From: Centroscyllium fabricii
Taxonomy: Eukaryota
DNA: 64,000 nt
Assembly (NCBI GenBank): GCA_051313645.2
Contig: JBNRSN020000016.1
Coordinates: 58,714,001-58,778,000 of the forward strand
Reading direction: 5' to 3'
The notes below the pieces were generated by a model, which was not told the origin of the DNA, searched no databases, and saw only the letters and a list, made by a program, of their open reading frames with translations. Shown here piece after piece: positions 25,901 to 40,900 of this stretch. Within the stretch, counting starts at the first letter, position 1. Every line of letters begins with the position of its first letter. The position numbers were made by a program, and so were the translations under genes.

Positions 25901-28900
25901 CGTGTCCGTCCGTCCCTAGCAGTACAGTTGTGATGTTATGTAGGACCTGTGTGTGTGAGACACCCTAGCAGTACAGTTGTTATGTTATGTAGTGTGTGTG
26001 TGTACAGTTATGTTATGTAGGACCACGTAGCAGCGAACCACCTGTGAGCTTTAATGTCACATTCGACTGAGCACTTCCGACAACGACCTGCTGACTCGGA
26101 AGTGAGAGTTCTACCACTGAGTCAAGGCTGACACCTGCAACCTTCATTCCCCTCCACACTTGACTGTTCCAACACTTCATTTGCTGCCCACTCAAGCTGC
26201 ACCCTGCATATACCGCTGCTTGTCCAAAATTCAGTTGCCCATGTCCTGTCCCACCTAAGTCCTCGCCAACCTTCATTAATGCCCCAACCTCCAATGCATC
26301 AAAATTAAAATTCTACAAGTCTCTCTACAGATATGATCTGTACCTTTGCAGTTCGCAGATGACATGAAAATTGGTGGGGTGGCAGAGGGTGGTGGTTGAA
26401 GGTTGTTTTTGTAACTGGAAGCCTGTGTCCAGTGGGGTACCGCAGGGATTGGTGCTGGGACCCTTGCTGTTTGTAGTCTACATTAATGATTTGGATATGA
26501 ATGTAAAAGGTATGATCAGTAAGTTCGCCGATGACACGAAAATTAGTGGGGTGGTAAATAACGAGGAAACACAGAAACACAGAAGATAGGAGCAGGAGTA
26601 GGCCATTCAGCCCTTCGAGCCTGCTCTGCCATTTTGATGAGATCATGGCTGATCATCCAAACCCAGCACCCCCCTCCTACCCTCTCCCCATATCCCCCGA
26701 CACCCCCAACTCTCTCACACACATACTCATGGGCAATTTTTTTTAGTATCTCCAATTCACCTAACCTGCATGTCTTTGGGTGGTGGGAGGAAACCGGAGT
26801 ACCCGGAGGAAACCCACACGAACACGGGGAGAACATGCAAACTCCACGCAGGGAGGTCCCGGGCCAAGCAGGATTCAAACCCAGGAGCTCCTTATTGTGC
26901 CACCGTGTCATCCTGTAAGGAGGGAAGCCTCAGTCTGCAGGACGATATAGATGGGTTGGTCAGATGGGCGGAACAGTGGGAAATGGAATTTAACCCTGAA
27001 AAGTGTGAGGTGATGCATTTTGGAAGGACTAACAAGGCAAGGGAATACACAATAAATGGTAAGACCCTAGGAAAGACAGCGGATCAGAGGGACCTTGGTG
27101 TGCATGTACATAGATCCCTGAAGGCAGCAGGACAGGTGGATAAAGTGGTTAAAAAGTCATATGGGATACTTGCCTTCATTAGCCGAGGCATAGAATATAA
27201 GAGCAGGGAGGTTATGATGGAGCTGTACAAAACGCTAGTCAGGCCACAGCTGGAGTACTGTGTGCAGTTCTGGTCAGCGCACTATAGGAAGGATGTGATT
27301 ATTTTGGAGAGGGTGCAGAGGAGATTCACCAGGATGTTACCTGGGCTGGAGCGCTTCAGCTATGAAGAAAGACTGGGCAGGCTGGGGTTGTTTTCCTTAG
27401 AGCAGAGAAGGCTGAGGGGGGACCTGATTGAGGTGTACAAAATTATGAGGGGCATAGATAGGGTAGATAGAAAGGAACTTTTTCCCTTAGTAGAGGGGTC
27501 AATAACAAGGGCATAGTTTCAAGGTAAGGGGCAGGAGGTTTAGAGGGGATTTGAGGAAGAACTTTTTCACCCAGAGGGTAGTTGGAATCTGGAACTCACT
27601 GCCTGAAAGGGTGGTCAAAGCAGGAACCCTCACAACATTCAAGGAGCATTTAGATGAGCACTTGAAATGCCATAGCATACAAGGCTACGGACCAAATGCA
27701 GGAAAATGGGATTAGAATAGACAGGGCTTGGTGGACGTGATGGGCCGAAGAGCCTCTTTCTGTGGTGCATTACTCTATGACTCTAATCTCCTTTAGCCCT
27801 ACATGTCAACTTAGGCTATCCACTCTGCTGACTGGTGTTTTTTACATTTCCCCTCAATTTTGTTGAAATACCTCAAAGGTGTGATCTACATATCTTGAAA
27901 ACTTCTGAATCATCATATAGCAATTATAATGGACTCAAATTTATTACCGATGTGCTTGGCCAAAACCAATTTGTATTTGGACCAACAGAATAATTGAATC
28001 AGCAATAAATACTGTATCACGGTGGTTTTCATATTTTTCCATGTAGGGGTTCCCCTGTAAGTATGAACACAGTTCTACAAATTCCTTGTCTTAACTTCTG
28101 AAAGACAGTGTTAGGTATGTAAAAGAAAGTGCTACCATTCTAGAAAATCTTTTATTAGTACAGGTACACAATCCCTTAACCGCACATCTGAAAACCGAAA
28201 AGCTCCGAAAACCCGAGTTGCGCCAAACCTGACCCATTTTGAAAGCTAAATCATTATATTCGAGTGATAACAGTAATATTAGCAAGATAGTAGAGCTTAC
28301 CAATTTAAAAAAATGGACCCATGGGTCCAATTCCTCCCCGAGCCCACATCTCCTACCGTTTCAGCCTGCGCGCTGGGCCACCAACACGGCAATCAATGCG
28401 CATGTGATCTGCGCACTGGGCACCATCGGAAAACTGAAAAATCCCGAGACCTGTCCGGTCCCACGGGTTTCGGATAAGGGATTCTGTACCTGTATAAAGA
28501 AACCAAAATAACATGCTCGTAAGTAATGCAAATGCTGAAAATTTCTAAAATGTAATCACACGGACATAAATCTTGCCTTGAGGAACTCTTCACATCCCCT
28601 TGTAGACAAACTTCCACCAACAAATAACTCGATTTTGCAGCTTTTATTTCCTATAATAATTTATTTTAATGTTTATTAAATGCAACAATTTTTGCGGAAT
28701 TTGTTCACTAAAGTTTGTAAACATTGACTTTAGCACCGAATACAGGTTGAGCTTCGTTGATCCGGTACCCGAAAAACCGGCAGCTTCAGACGTCCGGCAC
28801 AGATATCCCCGACTGGCCTGCGCATGCGCAGCGGCGCTCTTCGACGCTTCCTGCGCTTTACAAAAAACCCCCGTGCCTGACATGAAGCTTGGGCCCCGTG

Positions 28901-31900
28901 AAGTGTTGGACCGGGCTCTGTCCCGGGGCCTTTCCCGAATGCACACTGGTCCTGACTGCGTGGCTTCAGCTGCACCCAAACATCCGGGGTGTGTCCCGAC
29001 GGCATGGCTGCAACTGCACCCGACCTTCTGGGGCGAGTCCACAACCATGCCTGACTTTCTGGGGCGTGTCCCCATCGAGTGCTCCAATCCGCTGAGGCCT
29101 CACAGACTGCTTTACCGGCGAGCGACAGAGCTCCATCTTGCAGAGTGCCCCCCCCCCCCGCCCCTGTACTCTGCTCTGTTCCACCCGTGAGTCGCGGGGA
29201 GTTGTACTGCTCCACCCAGAAATCGCCCTGTGCTCTGCCTCCACCCGCGCGCTGCGGCCACCTGCACTGGTCTGCGCGTGCTGCAGCCATTTCGAATGTT
29301 CTGCGCATGCTTCATTCGTTCGGGTTTTTCAGTATTCCGGCACGGGCCTGGCCCCGACCCTGCCGGATTAACGAAGTTCAACCTGTATTTGAAAATCCTT
29401 CTGAAAGGAATTGGGAAGGGTGTTGTATCCAGGATTGTTCACAATTTCTACTACCCAAGTGGAGAAATTTCAGATTTGGTTAATCAACCAAGTCAAGTCT
29501 CCCAGCTGACAGTGGCTTAAACGGTACACATGGTGGGCCTGTCTTTGCTGGCTCTCATTTTGTTTAGTCAAATGTGGTCCTGGATGACAATACCTATTCC
29601 GCTTTAAACCTACTACCCGAGTAGCTCTTTGTTGAAGAGACCCAATATCTGGAATTTCTCCCCTTGTGCAGATGTTTTCTGTTTTTTTTTGTTGGTTGTA
29701 ACAAATCCTATATTTGGGCGAGGGGAAATATTTTAAGTGGAAAGTGCTTCTACTTTCCCTGCGTACAATCGCATTCTTTTCTAAATTTGAGCCCTTTTGT
29801 AAGCTTTCGATGGATCTTCCATTTGATAACCTGTCCTGCAAGACACTCATTTTGGTTTGCCATCAGTAGACAAATAATATCGCATCATCTCCTGTATGCC
29901 ACAATAACACTGAAATGTACTTTTGATGTACTTGGGAACATTTGGACAGGTGGCTTTTGTCTGCTACCTGATGTGTTTTCCCTCGGGGTCCAGGATGATG
30001 GCGTTCCAGTACAGCGTGTTCCTGAATGTTCCAGGTACTGCACATACTTGCAGAATTTCTCAGCTGGTTGACCATGCTTCATTAACAAATAAATAGCTAT
30101 CTTATAGTAACTTTGATATTGTGTCTATTGTAGTTTAAAACAATAATATATTTGAAAATTAAACGGCCCTGAATTTCTGCAGGAGTTGTCACCGTTTCTC
30201 CAAGTGTTACACTGAAATGACAGCAGGAGATGGGGAGATACCCCCGTCAACATTCAGGGCCTAGTTTCACCAACCAAAAAACCCCTGCCTGATAATTGAC
30301 TTAATCGGTACTGAGTATGTTGGTCTGATATATAAATGGAATCTAATACTATCCAGAAACCTAAATACAAAAACCTCCCATGGGCGGAGGCCTGCGACCT
30401 GGAAAAATCTGTGGCCTCACCTGAGGGCTTCCGGGACGCGCACAATTACGATCCGGGGCCTCTCCAAACTCCAAGTGCGCAGGGCCCACGTATCCCAAAG
30501 GCGCAGGCAGTTCACCGCATCCCTAGGATCATGGGAGCCAATCACAAGGGAATCTCCCTTCATACACTTGACAGGGAGACCTGTCAAATATATGAATGGA
30601 GATCACCCCCAAAACAGTAAAACTTTAAATATTTTTTTTAAATCACATTTTTAAAATGACTTGAAATTACAATAAATTAAGTATTAACAAAAATTTTATT
30701 TTTTGAAAAAAAAAGTTTTTTACAGAGCTAAAAATAAACTTGCCTTTTTAAAAAATATTTTTAAATGATAAATCAGTGAAAAAAATGGGTTTCTTTAACT
30801 CTTTTTCAACTCTTTTCCTGGTAAAAGCAGGCCACACGCCTGCTTTTACTAGGCATAACAATTGTAAGGGTTTTCTGCGGGTGGAGGGTCTCCGCCCGCA
30901 GAGGCCCTTCTCCAGGGCAGCCGGAGGATCTGTCAAGAGCATTCTTGACCGATTGGAAATGCTGGTTTTCAAGCGTATGCGCTGTGCATGACTGAAATCG
31001 GCATTTCCAATGTCCCTACGGTTTGGTACACAGCTTGTACACACCCGTAGAGATCGGAATATCTGGGCCAATAAACCAATTTTGACTTTACTCTAGTTCT
31101 TCAGCTGGATAATGGCTGTATGTCCACTAGATAGGTTTCCAAATTGAAGTTCCTTGCTGGACCATAGCAGTCTTGAGAGAATCTTGAAGGGTCTGTGAAA
31201 TCAACATATTTCTTTATTTGTTAACTTCCACAACATTTCTACTGTATAACAAAAAGATGATCTTGTCAGCTGCCCAAAGCAAAACCATGCTATCAGAAGT
31301 CCGGATGAGAATATGCCCATTCTTGCAAGAGCCCTGATACAGAAAAGCTTAAAAACCACAAGAGTAGACAATAAATATATTTAATGGGATTTCTGTCCAT
31401 GGTCCCATGAGACTGACTTAAAAAAATCTCTCTTCAGTTGTGCCTTCGGTCTACTCCAGAAGTTCCTTATTCCATGCTCAGTGTTCACCTGTCTCCCTGT
31501 AAATTCTGAAGGAATGAGATTCCATGCTGTTAAAAAGAAATTTACTTCCACTGGAATGGACAAGCCCTAACTTTTTATATAATAGCAAAAGAAGGGTCCC
31601 AGACCTGAAACATTAACTGTTTCTCTCTCCACGGATGCTGCCTGGCTTGCTGAGTATTTCCAGAATTTTCTGCCTTAACTTTTTATGGCGTTTTTAGTTG
31701 TATTTAGAAACATAGAAACATAGAAGATAGGAGCAGGAGTAGGCCATTCGGCCCTTCGAGCCTGCTCCGCCATTCAATGAGATCATGGCTGATCATCCAA
31801 ACCCAGCACCCCGTCCCTACCTTGTCCCCAGATCCCTATCGAGCCTGCACCGACACATATCCCACCCTATCCCCGTAACCCCACATATTTAATCCCCCTA

Positions 31901-34900
31901 ACACTAAGGGTCAATTTATCCTGGCCAATCAACCTAACCCGCACATCTTTGGACTGTGGGAGGAAACCGGAGCACCCGGAGGAAACCCACGCAGACACTG
32001 GGAGAATGTGCAAACTCCACACAGATAGTACCCGAGGCTGGATTTGAACCCAGGTCTCTAGTGCTGCAAGGCAACAGTGCTAACCACTATGCCACCCAAG
32101 TACCCCGCAAGTATCACGCAAGTACCCTGTGTTTCCGGTCGCCGGAGGTTGCTGTCCGATTTACTCTTTAATAACGGTAAGCGCTGATAGCCACACCATT
32201 ATTCTTACTGCAAAATCTGGGTCAATATGTTGACGGACCAGAAAATGGGCAAGTGGAACACAATAATTGCGGCAGTTTTCAGCAAGTTGACGTTTATGCG
32301 GTGGAGTATGTATATTAAATAATGAGTGAAAAAGTGAAATTTTTCTTTTTGAAGATACAATTTGCATCTGAAAGAAAATATTACTTCTTCCTTTTATTCT
32401 CACTGTTAACTAATTTCAAGGCCAAATTCAGATTATCGTTGTGGTGTCTTTGCTGTACATTGTTTCAAAAAGCTTGAAGTGACTGAACCCTCTTTTTCCA
32501 CAGACGCAGAATTAAGTTGGTTGTGATTCTCTGCATATGGAGTAGTCAAACCCACCCTAGAATTTGATGTGATATTTGGGATTGGCATTGAAGAAATAGT
32601 GTAAAATTCTGGGTTTGGTAGAATCAGTGAATGATTTAAAATACCCTTCTGTGCAAACTAAACAGTTTGGGTTTTTCATAGGGATTGTAAAAATGATTGA
32701 ATTGAAATACTGTTTTCCAAAATTGGTTCTTCGCCTGACAGTGCAGTTTCCTTAAGTTATGCACTCTGTAAATAAATTTGCCCCCTGACAGATTTTTAAT
32801 TTCCACTGACTTTTGTATGTCTTGCATATCTTTCTTGTTGTATGTCGACTGCTTTTAGAATGGTTTCCACAATCTTATCTATTTTTGATTGTTACATAGT
32901 TTTTTCAATTTGTCATTTTTCTTTCATGTGTTTTACTGCTGAGAATATATTACCTTATGTAATTGAAGTGTAGTACAGTATATTATACATAAAACCAAAG
33001 TATCAGAAAAAAAAGAGTCACTTGGGGGAGAAAGAAACAAACTTTAGTTTAAACTTTGTATCACATAGAACTCTGATTTTCAAGATATGCCTTGTATTAT
33101 AAGGCATATCTTGAAAATCAGAGTTATGAAGTCCCTACAAGTGGGTACACACCTCGTACACATCCATAGTGATCGGAAAATACGAGCCGTTCTCTTCATT
33201 AATCACTTGAAAGTGATTCCTTTACAATGCTAAATCTAAAGTAGAAGAGAGCAACAAAACACTTTGTAAAATTTAGACAGTAAGTAAATCATTGAAGAAT
33301 GTGTAAAATGTAAACCCAGAATTATGAAAGCTGCCTGGACTGTGTCATGTTCTTTTAAATCCTATTTCAGGATTATTCATTAAAATAATGAGCTCTGAAA
33401 ATCATTACCAAGTAATTAGTGTTTTAAAAATTACAAGTTTACATCGGCGCATCATTTCCGATAGGAGGCTTCTTGCGTGCGGATGCCTCCTATCGGGGAA
33501 AAGATCTATGCCCTTACCTGAGGGCTCCCGAGGTGCAGCCATTTCTGATCCTGGGCCTCTCCACAGTTGAAATGCGCAGGGCCCACGTATCCCAGGGGCG
33601 CAGGCGGTTCGCAAGCGTCCCTGGGATCACGTGGGCCAGGCAATGAAAGAAGGGAATCCCCCTTCATACTTTTGACAGATAGACCTGTCAAATATATCAA
33701 TGGGGATCACTGAAAAAAGACATCAAAACATTAAATACATTTTTAAAAAACCATCACATTTTGAAAATGAGTTAAAATTACATTAAATTAAATATTTTAA
33801 ACAAATTCAATTTTTTGGAAAAAGAATTAAAGGGTTTTACGGGGCTAAAAATAAACTTTTAAAGTATTTTTAAATTCTATATGAGTGGGAAAAAAAATTC
33901 TGCTTTTTAAAAAACTTTTTTATGCTGGTAAAAGCAGGCCTGAAACCGGCATTTATGAAGTCCCTACAAGTGGGTACACACCTCGTACACATCCATAGTG
34001 ATCGGAAAATACGAGCCGTTCTCTTCATTAATCAAACCTTTGCTGTACAATCATAAGAAATCGTAAATATTAAGATGGCTCCATAGGTTCAATACTTCCT
34101 CTCAATCAACTTGCTTATATCTGATCAGCAAGAGGAGGGACAGTTGAGTGATCCGTAAAAACACATTTATATTTAACTTCCCAGGGTGCTACAAAAAATT
34201 TTTTTTTCACTTGCCCAGTTGGGCAAGTGGTTTCTAAAACACTTGCCCGAACACAAATTTCACTTGCCTGAAATTTTTTAAGAGTTTACATTTTTATTAA
34301 AATACTTCAATATAAAGCCATAGATTGTGATTGTGCCTTTAGTTGCATTGGCCCGGTTTCTGCCCCTCTCTGCCAGGGTGTCTCTACTCTGAACATTCTT
34401 CCCTCATTTACCAATCTTTCTGTGAAGCCTCCGCAGACCGCGGGCTCCCTCACTCTCTCTCCCCGCCTACCTTAGGCCAGCAGCCACTCCGGTTTTTTCT
34501 CTCCCCCCCTCAGCGGGTCGACGCCACCGACCCACTCTTGCCGCGCGCCACCAGCCCGCTCCACCTAACCCGACTGCTGCCCCATCCCCTGATTGACACG
34601 CTGCCTCCTCCAATCCTGCCGCGCCGCCTGGCTCCACCATCCACAGCTCTCAGTCCTTCATTAGTGAGGATGCTCTTAGTGCCAATAATCACCTTATTAA
34701 CCATAGACATGACGACAAAGAAAGCTGCGCCTGTACAGGTGATGGCCATTTCGTAGCCCTGACATTAGTTGAGCCCCTATTTCTCTGTTAACAATCTCCT
34801 GTTCTAAACTAGAATCTGACCACAGAGTAACTACTGCAGAGATTGACAAAATCCTGTCCTTCCTGTTCCTGTTCTCTCATTGATTCTAAAAGACGATACA

Positions 34901-37900
34901 TTGTCCCAACTCTTATAGCGAGCTAAACATGTTAACACCAATGCACAGACCTCAGGGATTCATCTCTTATGAGCCAATTATCATAACATAAGAAATAGGA
35001 GCAGGAGTAGGCCAATCGGCCCCTCGAGCCTGCTCCGCCATTCAACAAGATCATGGCTGATCTGATCCTAACCTCAATTTTACTTTTACTCTCCATCCCG
35101 CCCGAACCCATGTGATCTCCCAGGAGAGGCGAAAAAACAGATTAAAAAACCCAGTGGCCAATTTGGGAGAAAAAATCTGGGTCTAGGCGATCGAAAACTG
35201 GTCCAGGAGATCACCTGGCCGATCTGTACCTAGCCTCACGTCCACTTACCTGCCCGCTCACCATAACCCCTAATTCCCTTTACTCCTGGTACAAATATAC
35301 ACAGTTGTTGCAGTCTGAGATGGATTACCACCACAGACAGGCACTCTGAAAACCTTGGTCCCCGAGAAGAGATTAAAACACACATTTTATACAATCATAA
35401 ACACCAGCAATCACGAATAAACGACTGTAATTTGCACAGTATTTAAAGCCATTAACACATGGTACAGATGTGCTGAGAGAGAAGCAAAAGGCGGCTCACC
35501 TCATCCACTGTCCACTTGTGGGGTGCATCCGGGGCCCGCCATTCAACAGCAGCGCCTGGCCGAGCAACTGACCCGTGGCGGGGAATATCGGGCAGCCTCT
35601 CCATCGGCGCTCGCCGCCTGGCTGCGCGCGCACACCCTCAGCGCTATTGCCAGACCCAGCAACTCGGGTCATGTCTGCACATCTCACTTGCCCAGTCAGG
35701 CAAGTGAGATTTTCTTTTGCTTGCCCGACGGCGCATTTTGCTTGCCCCGGGCAAGTGGTTTTGTCGCGCCTTGTTTCCCTTTCTCTCTCGGCCTCTGGTA
35801 CTACTATTCTATAACTAGACATCAAGGCGGGGGATTTTAGGAGGTCCCTGAGTGCGGGTTTCTGGCGGGTCAGTTACTAAAATTCCAATCTGGCGAGTGG
35901 GAAGGCACCCCCGGCCATTTGGGATTTTCAGCGAGCAGGTTTTGCTGCCCGCCGCCGGCGGGGATACAGATTGAGATCGTTGAGGGCCCTTAATTGGATG
36001 GCTAATCTTATTTTAAGGGACCTCAGCTATTTTAACCCTCTTCCCACCCAAAACCCGCCTGGTGAAAATGGTGGTGGGAACCCAGGCGGCTGGGTGTCTA
36101 CCACCTTCAAGTCATGGTCACAGCACCCACACAGCAGCTTGCTAGCCTCCACCATGCTGGAGGTGCAGCTGCCACCCAAGGGTGAGAAACTTCAGAGCCC
36201 CAAAACATTGAAGTCACCCACCTTCAAATCGCTCATATTCAACAGAGATCGGCGTGCTGCGCTGTGTCTGTGAGCCCAGCTGTCAATCACCCAGGGGAAT
36301 CAGTTTCTGTTTACATTCCATTGAAACCACAAACAAACTGACTCACCACAAACAAACTGACTCACCTCAACTGTTTGTTTTGTGGTTTTAGTGTTCCTTT
36401 GATAGCCTCTGAGTCAGACTATGTAAGCATAGAAACAAAGGCAACACTTCAGATCTGTCAATCAGGCTTAGTGAGTTCTTACTACTCAGGCCTGTCAATC
36501 AACAGCCCGCCCAGCTCAAATTGTGAATGTAAAGGGCTGATTCCCGCCCATTAGTGTGTATTGGAAGCCCGACAGATTGGCGGGGATTTAATTGGCCACT
36601 TGAGCCAAAATCGCTCGGGCCTCCCAGGTCCTTGGGCGGGCGGGGCAGAAAACTGACTCGCCAAAACCCATCAGCTTCCCGCAGCTTTTTAAAAATTCCA
36701 CCCCAAGAATTACATGTATCTCATGATATTTTTCATTCTTTCTCTAGGTGGAAGAGCTTTCCATTTTGATGCAGTTAGGAACCCATGAGAATTAGCTGAG
36801 GCCCTTTATCCAACCACTCTTGATGCGCTGTGCCAGATTCCAATCATGCTGCACCACCAGCAAGATGGATTGTCTTCATTTTATTCCTAAATACTAAATC
36901 CTCACAATTAAGTCATGTGCTTTTTTAAAACCGAGCTCACAATTTTACCGAGTTTTCCATGATCTCATTGTATGGCGGAGCAGGCTCGAGGGGCCGATTG
37001 GCCTACTCCTGCTCCTATTTCTTATGTTCCTTGGAGTAACCATTGTATAGCTGCACATGTTAAATTTCACAAACGTTTATGGTTTTTTATCCTAAATGTA
37101 GCGCTAAGTGAAATGAATAACAGAAACTTGAATATTAGTTTCTACATAGAAACACAGAAACATAGAAGATAGGAGCAGGAGTAGGCCATTCGGCCCTTCG
37201 AGCCTGCTCCGCCATTCAATGGGATCATGGCTGATCATCCAAACCCAGTACCCCGCCCCTGCCTTGTCCCCATATCCCTCGATCCCTATCGAGCCTGCAC
37301 CGACACATATCCCACCCTATCCCCGTAACCCCACATATTCAATCCCCCTAACACTAAGGGTCAATTTATCATGGCCAATCAACCTAACCCGCACACCTTT
37401 GGACTGTGGGAGGAAACCGGAGCACCCAGAGGAAACCCACGCAGACACGGGGAGAATGTGCAAACTCCACACAGATAGTTCCCACAGTCCAAAGATGTGC
37501 GCGTTAGGTTGATTGGCCTACTCCTGCTCCTATCTTCTATGTTTCTATGTTTACCCGAGGCTGTATTTGAACCCGGGTCTCTAGTGCTGTGAGGCAACAG
37601 TGCTAACCTCTATGCCACCGTGCCGCCCCAAGTAAAACTGAGCATGCATAGTTTATGGTCACTGACAAAGTAGTTAACTCTTATATTTGTTTCCCCTTTC
37701 TCATTAGCTACACCTCTTGTTGTGACCACCAGCTACTGCCGTCTGTGCCATGGAAAGTTTTCCTCCAGGAGTCTACGTAATGTTTTTGCAAAAGTTCCTC
37801 TGATTGAGGCGAATCCAGAGAGGCAGCGCAGAGCACAACAGACGTTCTGTGCTGATTTTCAGAAGTTAGTTGGTGTTGTGGTGAGGCAGGATCCCACTTT

Positions 37901-40900
37901 GCCGCAATATATCTGTCGGAACTGTCATGCTCAGTTTTATAAATGTCGGAGTATCATGAGAACCTTCATTCAAAGAGTGAATAATTCACCAGTAGCTTCT
38001 GTACAGCGTGGACAAGAGGCTGGCAGGTACTTCAAATCACTGATTGAAAGATTACTGTATTCTACTGTCTAATGTTACCAAATGTAACATTGTTTATTAT
38101 ATGTAATAAACCTGAGTACCTGTTGTACTCAAAAAAATAAAAAATGCAAGATTAAAGTTATCAAGAAATATTACTTAGCAACTGTAGCCTATCTTTGTCA
38201 TCAGTTGGCTGGTGATTTGTGGTGACAACAATCTCTGTCAAGCTTGGTATTGGGCAACATCTTGGCGGTTTTTTGCAAAGCTCAAACTTTAATGTTGCCG
38301 TCGTCCTATCTCAACCCAAGATGTGTTTGGAGCGCAAGAGTTTGGGCCCTCCTTTGCATTATTTCTTTTGGTTAGATTAAGCAAAGCCTCAGGTTTAAAA
38401 TTCTTATCCTTGTTTTCAAATCTCTTCATGGCATCGTCCCTCCCTTATCTCGGTAACCTCCTCCAGCCCTACAATCCTCCAAGATATCTGTGCTCCTCCA
38501 ATTCTGGCCTCTTGCACATCCCCGATTTTAATTACTCCACCATTGGCGGCCGTGCCTTTAGCTGCCGAGGCCCTAAGCTCTGGAATTCCCTCCCTAAACC
38601 TGAGTCTCTACCTCTCTTTCCTCCTTTAAGACGCTCCTTAAAACCTATCTTTGACCACGTCTGCCCTAATAGCCCCTTATGTGGCTCGGTGCCAAAATTT
38701 GTTTAATGACACTCCTGTGAAGCGGCTTGAGATGTTTTACTATGTTAAAGGCGCTATATCAATTCAAGTTGTTGTAGATTCAGAAGGGACGATCCTGCCT
38801 GACCAACCACCTCCATTTCTTGGAGGAAGTGACCGCGTAAGTGGACTGTGGGAAGCCCTATGGCATGGTGTACCTAGACTTTTAAAAGACATTAGATAAA
38901 GCTCTACACAAAAAGGATAAATCCTTGAAATGAATAAGGAATGTCCTGAATGATAGGAAAGAACAAGTATGTTAGAAGAGTTATGTTAGAGTGGGCTTGC
39001 TCCAAGGATTGGTGCTGGGCCCATTACTCTTTCTAATTTGTGTCCGCCTTGGCTCCGTGGTAGCACTCTTGCCTTTCAAAAGGTTGTGGCTTCAGAGACT
39101 TGAGCACATGTTCTAACTTGAGACTTCAGTGCGCTGCTGAGGGAATGCTGCACTAGTGTAGATGCTGTCTTCCAGATGAGATGTTAAACTGAAGCCCTGT
39201 CTGCCCCCTCAAATGGATGTAAAATATTCCATGACACTATTTGAAGAGAGAGAGTTCTCTTGGTGCCTTTCACAACCTCGGGATGTCCCAAAGCATTTCG
39301 CAGCAAATGAAGTACTTTTGAAGTGCAGTCACTGTTGCAATGTAGGGAGATGCTGCAGACAATTTGCTTGGTCACTCCAAACAGCTATGAAATAAATGGC
39401 CAAATAATCTGTTTTAGTGGTGTTGGTTGAGGGACAAATGTAAGCCCGGACACTGGGAGAACTCCCCTTCTCCTTTGAATCGTGCCATGGGATCTTTTAC
39501 ACCCACCTGAAAGCGTGGATGGGGCCTCGGTTTCATCATTAAGAACAGTTGGATTATAGGATTTCTTTGGATGGATAGATTAAAATGAACAAATGCCCTT
39601 CCTCATCTGAATTATCATGATCTTCTGATCGGGTGCAGCCTGTCCATCATTCTTGTCGTCGCTCACTTCTTTTATTGGCTCCTTGACCCCCAATGCATCA
39701 AATTCAAAATCCTCATCCTCATTTACGAAATCCTTCATGGTGTTGCCCAACCCTGTGTCTGTAACCTTCTCGAGGCCTTTCGGTCTTGCCACTTTGGCCT
39801 CCTGTGCATTCTTTCCCGTCCTTTTCCCTGTTTCTCCATCCTCCCCCAGTCCATTCACTTCACCAACAGTCGGCAGAGGCCCATGCTACTCCTCCGTCTG
39901 TCGTTAAAACCTTTCTGAAATTTTTTTTTTTCATCCATGCTTTTGTTTTTCTCTCTGTGAAGCACCTTGGGATGTTTTCTATGTTTAAGGCACTTTATAA
40001 ATGCAAGTTGTTCAGATATCGTTAAATTACAGAAATTATGGATTGATGAAAAGTTGTATTACAGCAGGTTGAGGCCATGAGAAAGCAGTCTCTTTTTTGT
40101 TGTAACCCTGAATGTAAACATTGCAGCCCAGCATACACAGTTTATATTCAGGTATCTTGAAACAATTTTCTAGCTGTTCAAATGCAAAAGTCGAGGTGAA
40201 TTTCAGATTGAACTGGGTTTTGCCAAAGCTGTCCTGCTCCAAAATATGGCCGAGTGCTATAGGAAAGTCCACCTATGACATCAACAGATCTTCCCATTCT
40301 CCAAGCTAGCTGTTCCATATCTCTTTGGTTGGCAGGAGTGGTGTTTTTTATTTTCAATCTCAGTTGGATATAATGCTTTTATTTTTTATTTTATCGTTGT
40401 AGATGTGTTGCAGCAACCGAATCATCATCATCAATACAATCACTTTCACAATCTCCATTAGGCAGTTCTATCTCTGGTAAGTGAACCACACAATCGACTC
40501 TGCTTCAATTTACTGTGCATAGAATGGTTTCACTCGTGTGAGCAACAACAAAAACTTGCATTTATTTAGCGTCTTTTTAATGTCACAGAACGTCCCAAGG
40601 TGCTTCACAGGAGCGCAATCGGACAAAAATTGGCAGCGAGCCAGAGTTGGGCTTTTAAGGAGCATCTTCAAGGAGGAGAGGTGTAGGGGGGGGGGTGAAT
40701 TCCAGAGCTTAGGGCCTAGATGGCTCCAGGCATGGCTGCCAATGTTTGGGCAAAGTGGGCGATGCACAAGAGGCCAGAGTTGGAGGAAGGCAGAGTTCTC
40801 GGAAGGTTCCAGGGATAGGGAGGGGCTATGCCGTGGAGGGATTTGAACACTTAAGAATTTTAAACTCGTGGCGTTGATGGACCAGGAGCCAATGTAAGTC

